A DNA stretch of 64,000 nt from an archaeon (GTDB taxonomy: Archaea > Nanobdellota > Nanobdellia > Pacearchaeales > GW2011-AR1). The notes beneath the pieces were generated by a model. The model was not told the origin of the DNA. It worked only from the letters and a program-made list of their open reading frames with translations, and made no database searches. Where the stretch lies: NCBI GenBank assembly GCA_043810775.1, contig JBDRNU010000003.1, positions 23,776 to 87,775 of the forward strand. Direction: 5' to 3'. Shown here one piece after another: positions 57,428-64,000 of this stretch. Each line of letters opens with the position of its first letter. Positions within the stretch are counted from its first letter, which is position 1. Both the position numbers and the translations under genes were made by a program.

Positions 57428-58166
57428 AAAAGAAGAAGAAGTTGAAGAAGTTCAACTTGAAGAAGTTGAAGAAGAAATTATAGAAAAGAAAGAAGAAAGC
57501 AAAAGAGAACTAGTCGTGCCAGGAGAAGTAATAAAAACTGGTGATGATTTTTTGCCAGGTGATGGAACACGAAGAGAAAAAGATAAGATTCTTGCCAGTA
57601 AATTCGGGCTTGCTGAAGTAAATGGAAGACTAGTTAGGATAATCCCATTATCAGGAATTTATATGCCAAGAAGGGGAAATGTAGTAATAGGAAGGATAAC
57701 AGATGTAACTTTTAATGGATGGCTTATTGACATAAATTCACCATATAATTCATTTTTACCAGTATCTGAATGTCCTAGATATATTAATAAAAATGATTTG
57801 ACTGAGCATTTTAATTTTGGAGAAATTTTAGCCTGTAAAGTTTCAAGTGTAAAACATAGAGGAATTGACTTAACTATTAAAGGAAGAGGATTGGGCAAGT
57901 TAGAAGAAGGGATATTAATTCATATAAACTCAAATAAGATACCTAGGGTAATTGGAAAAGAAGGGAGTATGATTAGAATGATTAAAGAAGCTACTAACTG
58001 TGATATAATCGCCGGACAGAATGGCTCAATTTGGATTAAAGGATCAAAACTAGAGGATGAGTTGCTTGCAAAGAAAGCAATTATATTTATAACCCAAAAA
58101 AGTTTTATTGAAGGGCTTACTGATAAGGTGAAAGCATTCTTAGACAAGGAGGTTAAGAAAAAATGA
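57417..58166 (+). CDS. rrp4: Exosome RNA-binding subunit Rrp4
   Basis: VVPGE, YMP..G..VIG, PRVIGKEGSM, GQNG. Confidence 0.95.
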   Translation: MIVKKEEEVEEVQLEEVEEEIIEKKEESKRELVVPGEVIKTGDDFLPGDGTRREKDKILASKFGLAEVNGRLVRIIPLSGIYMPRRGNVVIGRITDVTFNGWLIDINSPYNSFLPVSECPRYINKNDLTEHFNFGEILACKVSSVKHRGIDLTIKGRGLGKLEEGILIHINSNKIPRVIGKEGSMIRMIKEATNCDIIAGQNGSIWIKGSKLEDELLAKKAIIFITQKSFIEGLTDKVKAFLDKEVKKK

Positions 58167-58864
58167 GTTACAAAAAAAGATTAGATGGAAGAAAATTTGA
58201 TGAATTAAGACCAATTAAAGTAGAGATGGGAGTAGTTCCTAATGCTAATGGCTCGGCTAAATTTAGCTTTGGCGAGACTGTTGCAATTGCTGCAGTTTAT
58301 GGGCCAAAACCCTTACACCCCCAACATTTACAAAACCCTGAAAAAGGAGTATTGAGGTGTTTTTATGATATGCTAAGTTTTTCTGTTACAGAGAGAAAAA
58401 GACCTGGACCAAATAGGAGATCTCAAGAAATCAGTAAAGTGATTGAATGGGCACTGGCACCTGTGATAAAACTAGATGAATTTCCAAATACAGTGGTAGA
58501 CGTACATATCATGATAACTCAGGCTAATGCCTCTACTAGATGCGCAGGAATTAATGCTGCTGCCATGGCACTGGCACAAGCTGGTGTACCTATGCATGAA
58601 ATGGTTTCTTCTGTATCAATAGGGAAAATTGATGATAAAGTAGTAGCAGACCTTACAAAAGCTGAAGAAGATTATGAAGAAGGTGAAGGCCCTACAGATA
58701 TTCCCATAGCTATTACTTCAAATTCAAATAAGATAACTTTACTTCAACTAGATGGAAAAATACAACCTGATAGATTAAAAGAAGTTATTGAGGCTGGTAA
58801 AAAAGCCTGTAAAGAAATTTATGAAATTCAGAAAAAGGAGCTGAAGAAAATTAAGGAGGATTAA
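58163..58864 (+). CDS. rrp41: Exosome subunit Rrp41
   Basis: RLDGRKFDELR, AAVYGP, STRCAGINAA, LLQLDG. Confidence 0.97.
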   Translation: MSYKKRLDGRKFDELRPIKVEMGVVPNANGSAKFSFGETVAIAAVYGPKPLHPQHLQNPEKGVLRCFYDMLSFSVTERKRPGPNRRSQEISKVIEWALAPVIKLDEFPNTVVDVHIMITQANASTRCAGINAAAMALAQAGVPMHEMVSSVSIGKIDDKVVADLTKAEEDYEEGEGPTDIPIAITSNSNKITLLQLDGKIQPDRLKEVIEAGKKACKEIYEIQKKELKKIKED

Positions 58865-58865
58865 A

Positions 58866-59663
58866 ATGCAAATTCCAAATATTAATAAAGAAAGAATTAA
58901 AGAAAGTTTATCTAATGGTAAAAGATTTGATGGAAGAGATTTGATAGAGTATAGAGATATAGAAGTTGAAACAGATATCAGTAAGAATGCTGAAGGTTCT
59001 GCAAGAGTCAGGATAGGGAAAACTGAAGTTGTTGCAGGAGTTAAATTAGATGTATCTACACCTTATACTGATTCAGAAGAATCTGGAACTCTGATAACAA
59101 CTGTTGAACTTACTCCAATGTCTTCTTCAATATTTGAACCAGGACCACCAAAAATAGATTCAATTGAAATTGCCAGAATAGTTGATAGAGGAATAAGAGA
59201 GTCAGGTTTTATAGATTTTAACCAGCTTTGCATTAAAAAAGGAGAAAAAGTATGGGGAATTTATTTAGATATTTATTCAGTAAATTATGATGGGAATTTA
59301 ATAGATGCTTGTGCTCTAGCTGCAGTGGCTGCATTGAGAACAGCTAAAATGCCAAAATATGATGAAAAAACTGAAAAGGTGCAATATGGGGAATGGACCA
59401 GCAAAAAAATTCCACTAACTGATATAATTCCTATTACAATAACCTTTCATAAAGCAGGAAAAAGTATATTTTTAGACCCTGGAAGTGAAGAAGAGGAAGC
59501 TAGTGAAGGAAGACTTTCCCTGGCAATTTCAAAGAAAGGAAATTCATTTATGATAAATGCTGCTCAAAAAGGAAAAGAGATACCATTTTCACAAGAAGAA
59601 ATATTAGATGTTGCAAAGCTTGCAACAGAAAATTTTAAAACATTATTTGATAAAATAAAGTAG
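58866..59663 (+). CDS. rrp42: Exosome subunit Rrp42
   Basis: [37 protein letters not shown]. Confidence 0.97.
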   Translation: MQIPNINKERIKESLSNGKRFDGRDLIEYRDIEVETDISKNAEGSARVRIGKTEVVAGVKLDVSTPYTDSEESGTLITTVELTPMSSSIFEPGPPKIDSIEIARIVDRGIRESGFIDFNQLCIKKGEKVWGIYLDIYSVNYDGNLIDACALAAVAALRTAKMPKYDEKTEKVQYGEWTSKKIPLTDIIPITITFHKAGKSIFLDPGSEEEEASEGRLSLAISKKGNSFMINAAQKGKEIPFSQEEILDVAKLATENFKTLFDKIK

Positions 59664-59668
59664 AAAAA

Positions 59669-60055
59669 ATGAATATAGAACTTACAAAATATGAAGTAGC
59701 TAGAATTGTTGGTGCTAGAGCCTTACAGATAGCTATGGATGCCCCACTATTGGTAAAATTAAGCAAAGAAAAACTAGAAGAGTTAAAGTATGATCCTATA
59801 AAGATAGCTGAACTTGAATTAAAATCAGATGTTCTTCCAATTACTGTTAAAAGGCCACTTCCTAAAAAAATTGAAGGAAAGCTAAAAAGAGAGATATTAA
59901 AAGAAGATGCTGAAAAAATAGAGAAACAAAAGATAGCAAAGGAAATTGAGGAAGAAAAAGATATTATCGAAGAAGGAGAAATTATGCAGTTGGCAATGCC
60001 TGAAGATGAAGTTGAGAGTAATGAAGGAAAAGAGGAAAAAGCGGTAGAAGAATAA
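59669..60055 (+). CDS. rpoK: RNA polymerase subunit K (Rpo6) with acidic C-terminal extension
   Basis: [28 protein letters not shown]. Confidence 0.95.
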   Translation: MNIELTKYEVARIVGARALQIAMDAPLLVKLSKEKLEELKYDPIKIAELELKSDVLPITVKRPLPKKIEGKLKREILKEDAEKIEKQKIAKEIEEEKDIIEEGEIMQLAMPEDEVESNEGKEEKAVEE

Positions 60056-60089
60056 GCTTTTTATATAATTCTCACTTAGTATTTTTACT

Positions 60090-61283
60090 ATGAAATTAAA
60101 AGAGATAAAAGTTAAAGAGGTTTTAGATTCTAGAAGGGAAAAAACAATTCAAGTTATAGTTAAAACTGCTTCTGGAACTTTTAATACATCTTCCCCAAGT
60201 GGAAAATCTATTGGAAAATTTGAAACTCCTGTTTTTAATATGAATATAAAAAACAGTATAAATATTCTTAATTCAAAAATTGAACAAATTAAGCAGATTG
60301 ATTTTGAACACTTTATAAGTTTAGAGGAGCTTGAAAAAGTTATGGGTAAGAAAGATGTTGGTGCAAATATTTTATTTGCTTTAGAAGCGTGTATTTTGAA
60401 AGCTCTAGCTGCAAGAGAAGGAAAAGAGTTATGGGAGTATTTAAATTCTAAAGCCAGAAAATTTCCAATGCCTGTTGGAAATATAATTGAGGGAGGATTG
60501 CATAGCAGGGGCAAAAATGGTAAAAAACCTGATTTCCAAGAATATTTAATTATTCCGAGAACAAGAAAATTCTTTGATGCAAATTATATTATGAAATATG
60601 CCCATAAAGTTGCTGGAGAGAGGTTAAAATTAAGGAACTCTAGAGAAGGGTTTAGTGATGAAAAAGGATGGGTAACTAGTCTTACAAATAATGAAGCACT
60701 AGAAGTGCTAAATGAAACTCGGGAGGAAATTATATCTCAACTTAATAATAAAATTGAAATAGGGGTAGACATAGCTGCTTCAGAGATTTATACAGGCTAT
60801 ATTTACAACTATCAAAATCCTGTGAAAAGACTCAAACCTATGGAACAGGTAGATTATATTCTTAATTTAGCAGAGAAATACAGAGTAGGCTATCTAGAAG
60901 ACCCATTAGACCAAAATGATTTTGCAAATTTCAGAATTTTAAGAAATAAGATTAATAAAATAAGACCTTGTTTAATTGTAGGAGATGATTTAACAGCTAC
61001 CCAAATTACAAGATTTAAAAAAGCCATGAAGGAGAGATCAATAAATTCAATAATAGTTAAAGTAAATCAAAATGGAAGTTTAATTGATGTAAAGAAGATA
61101 ATAGACCTTGCAAAAATAAGTGAAATAGCAATAGTATTCTCCCATAGAAGCGGAGAAACTATGGATAGCACTATTTCTGACTTAGCTTTTGCTTGGGGGG
61201 CGGATTTTGTTAAGTTTGGAGCTGCTGGCAAGGAGAGAGACTCTAAGCTTAATCGTCTGATTGAGATTGAGAAAAAGGTTTGA
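60090..61283 (+). CDS. eno: Enolase
   Basis: LDSR, GGLH, FQE, DE.G, LEDP, VGDDL, KVNQ, SHRSGET. Confidence 0.95.
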   Translation: MKLKEIKVKEVLDSRREKTIQVIVKTASGTFNTSSPSGKSIGKFETPVFNMNIKNSINILNSKIEQIKQIDFEHFISLEELEKVMGKKDVGANILFALEACILKALAAREGKELWEYLNSKARKFPMPVGNIIEGGLHSRGKNGKKPDFQEYLIIPRTRKFFDANYIMKYAHKVAGERLKLRNSREGFSDEKGWVTSLTNNEALEVLNETREEIISQLNNKIEIGVDIAASEIYTGYIYNYQNPVKRLKPMEQVDYILNLAEKYRVGYLEDPLDQNDFANFRILRNKINKIRPCLIVGDDLTATQITRFKKAMKERSINSIIVKVNQNGSLIDVKKIIDLAKISEIAIVFSHRSGETMDSTISDLAFAWGADFVKFGAAGKERDSKLNRLIEIEKKV

Positions 61284-61477
61284 TTTAGATATCAGTTGAT
61301 ATAATCTTAAAATCAGAATTTTTGTATTTATCTTGTTCTGACATTTTCTGTGAAAGAATAAATTGCTTTTAAATTTTTCTATACTAAAGATTTAAAAACC
61401 CTGCAAATATATATTTGACATTAGCCAGGTGCAAAATCTTGTTAAGAGAGAGTAGCTTTTACCCCTGGACCTTTTTA

Positions 61478-61546
61478 TAAGGAGATTAAAAATGCCGAAA
61501 AATGGAAATTTTCTGCCTTTTAAACTCTAAGGAGATTAAAAATGCC
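61478..61546 (+). repeat. 19-bp direct repeat containing RBS and start codon
   Basis: TAAGGAGATTAAAAATGCC at 61478-61496 and 61528-61546. Confidence 0.9.
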
Positions 61547-62354
61547 AAGAAAAAAGAAAGAAGAAGTTAAAGAAGAAAGCAAGGAAGAAGAGAAGAAAAG
61601 TGAAGAAAAGCCAGCTGTGAAAAAAATTACAAAAAAAGAGTTAGAAGAAAAAGCAAAAAAGCTAGCTGAAAAAATAGATGAAAAAGGTATGGGTGAAGAC
61701 CTTAAAGAAAAATTAGAAAAAGCAGTTCAAGAAGACAAAAAGAAAAAGGAGACATTAATCCCTATTGATGATTATGTTAAGTCAGGAATTTATATTGGCA
61801 CTAAAGTAATTACACCTCATATGAGACCATTTGTTTACAGAAGAAGGGCAGATGGAATAGCTATCTTAAACACAAGTTTGATTGATGTAAAACTAAAGGA
61901 AGCTGCAGAATTTTTAGCTAAATATGATCCAAAAGATTTTATTATAGTTTGTAAAAGAGAAGCTGGGTGGAGGGCAGTTAAATTATTTTCAGAATTAACA
62001 GGGGTAAGAATTTTTACTAAGAAGTATCCTGCTGGAATAATTACAAATATAAATCTTCCTAACTTTTTTGAAACTGAATTAATATTTATTTGTGATCCTT
62101 GGCTAGATAAGAATGCCTTAATTGACTCAAAAAAAGTGAAAAGGAAAGTTTTAGCTTTATGTGATACAAACAATTTAACTTTTGGTGTAGATTTTGTTGT
62201 GCCCTGCAACAATAAAGGCAGTAAGAGCTTAGGAGTAGTATTTTATATTCTTGCCAGAGAGTATATAAAGGCTAGAAAGATGAATATAAAAGTTCCGGAT
62301 ATGGAAGAGTTTATTGGTGAAAAATTATCTGATATAGAAATTAAGAAAAGATAA
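61542..62354 (+). CDS. rps2: 30S ribosomal protein uS2 with K/E-rich N-terminal extension
   Basis: YVKSGIYIGTK, MRPFVYRRRADG, ALCDTNN, PCNNKG. Confidence 0.95.
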   Translation: MPRKKKEEVKEESKEEEKKSEEKPAVKKITKKELEEKAKKLAEKIDEKGMGEDLKEKLEKAVQEDKKKKETLIPIDDYVKSGIYIGTKVITPHMRPFVYRRRADGIAILNTSLIDVKLKEAAEFLAKYDPKDFIIVCKREAGWRAVKLFSELTGVRIFTKKYPAGIITNINLPNFFETELIFICDPWLDKNALIDSKKVKRKVLALCDTNNLTFGVDFVVPCNNKGSKSLGVVFYILAREYIKARKMNIKVPDMEEFIGEKLSDIEIKKR

Positions 62355-62781
62355 TTAAAATAAAGTCTGCTATATATAGATCATCTGCAGGATTTGAATC
62401 TCCTAAGGGTTCATTATTTAAAATCTCTAAATTATCTTTGCTATTCTTTAAAAAAATATCTGTGTTTCTTATTATGAAGTAAGTAAGAACTCCTAGAATT
62501 AGAATCAAAATAAAAATAATTGAAATTATAATCCTTAATTTTTTATGAGATTTTCTTTGTTTAATTTGAGGTGAAGGTTTTAATAGATTATTAGTAGTTT
62601 TCTGAGAAATTGAAGGTTTTGGACTAGATTCTAAAGCTATTTGTTGAGTGGCTATAGATGCTGCTTGACTTATTGAATCATCAGTCCAACCTGCCTCTTT
62701 TAGTTTTTCTTTAATTTTATTTAGAGAAATATTTCTAAGCAAGCAAATTTTTAAGTAATTTACTAATTTATCGTCTACCAT
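62341..62781 (-). CDS. Membrane-anchored protein with N-terminal small helical domain
   Basis: LVNYLK..IKEKLKEAGW..I..A, linker, TM helix. Confidence 0.75.
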   Translation of the reverse strand: MVDDKLVNYLKICLLRNISLNKIKEKLKEAGWTDDSISQAASIATQQIALESSPKPSISQKTTNNLLKPSPQIKQRKSHKKLRIIISIIFILILILGVLTYFIIRNTDIFLKNSKDNLEILNNEPLGDSNPADDLYIADFILIIFS

Positions 62782-63060
62782 TTTTCTCTTTTATGATATA
62801 TATTACTAATTTTAGTATAAAAAACTATGTAAAATATCAATAAGAATTTCTAATATATCAACGAAACATTTATATAGTTAGGCGCTCAATTTTTTTTATT
62901 AAAATGTTAACTAGAATGAGTACCTTAAAAAAACATTGTAAGGTATGATGTATGTAAAGTTACTCGTATTTAGTATGACAGATTTCTGATTAATAATTAT
63001 TTATAATCAATTTCTTCATGCGAATTGTAGTTTCCAGCCAGGAGGATTCGGTTTTGTATA

Positions 63061-64000
<940 letters not shown>

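Noticed and set aside
2924-62212. Many antisense or out-of-frame ORFs nested in larger genes (e.g. 2924..3253, 5243..5572, 35291..35623, 46952..47488, 61835..62212)
   Set aside because: Shadow ORFs of well-supported genes, with Ser/Phe/Ile-rich antisense composition and no motifs

Overview
AT-rich, gene-dense chromosomal segment of a DPANN-type archaeon, probably Pacearchaeota-like (inferred from the divergent archaeal 16S rRNA, archaeal core genes and sparse metabolism; not database-confirmed). In order: an SRP RNA gene; a type IV pilus locus (seven class III signal-peptide pilins, ATPase, two TadC/FlaJ-type platform proteins); archease and rtcB; three large surface proteins; the oapABC-type GTPase/DUF2073/Zn-ribbon operon; CCA-adding enzyme; TrmB; a presenilin-type protease; aCPSF1/FttA and proteasome beta; an oxidative-stress trio; rad50/mre11; RNase J; a ~10 kb co-oriented accessory array (ABC, GNAT, MFS, nucleotidyltransferase, PEP-utilizer, TA pair); the pop5-psmA-SBDS-exosome-rpoK-eno-rps2 superoperon; and the 5' part of the 16S rRNA. 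The most unusual signals are non-coding. (1) A ~70-90 nt structured element occurs twice (1866 and 18712) with a compensatory change and a swapped central hairpin. (2) At five gene junctions, 19-24 bp direct repeats copy a start, RBS or stop site on both sides of an insert. (3) A 40-nt 5' leader (38/40 identical) is shared by trmB and aCPSF1 and links to a modular hairpin family. (4) The SRP RNA lacks helix 6. Several small ORFs missing from the ORF track were found by hand translation. All assignments come from motif recognition only.
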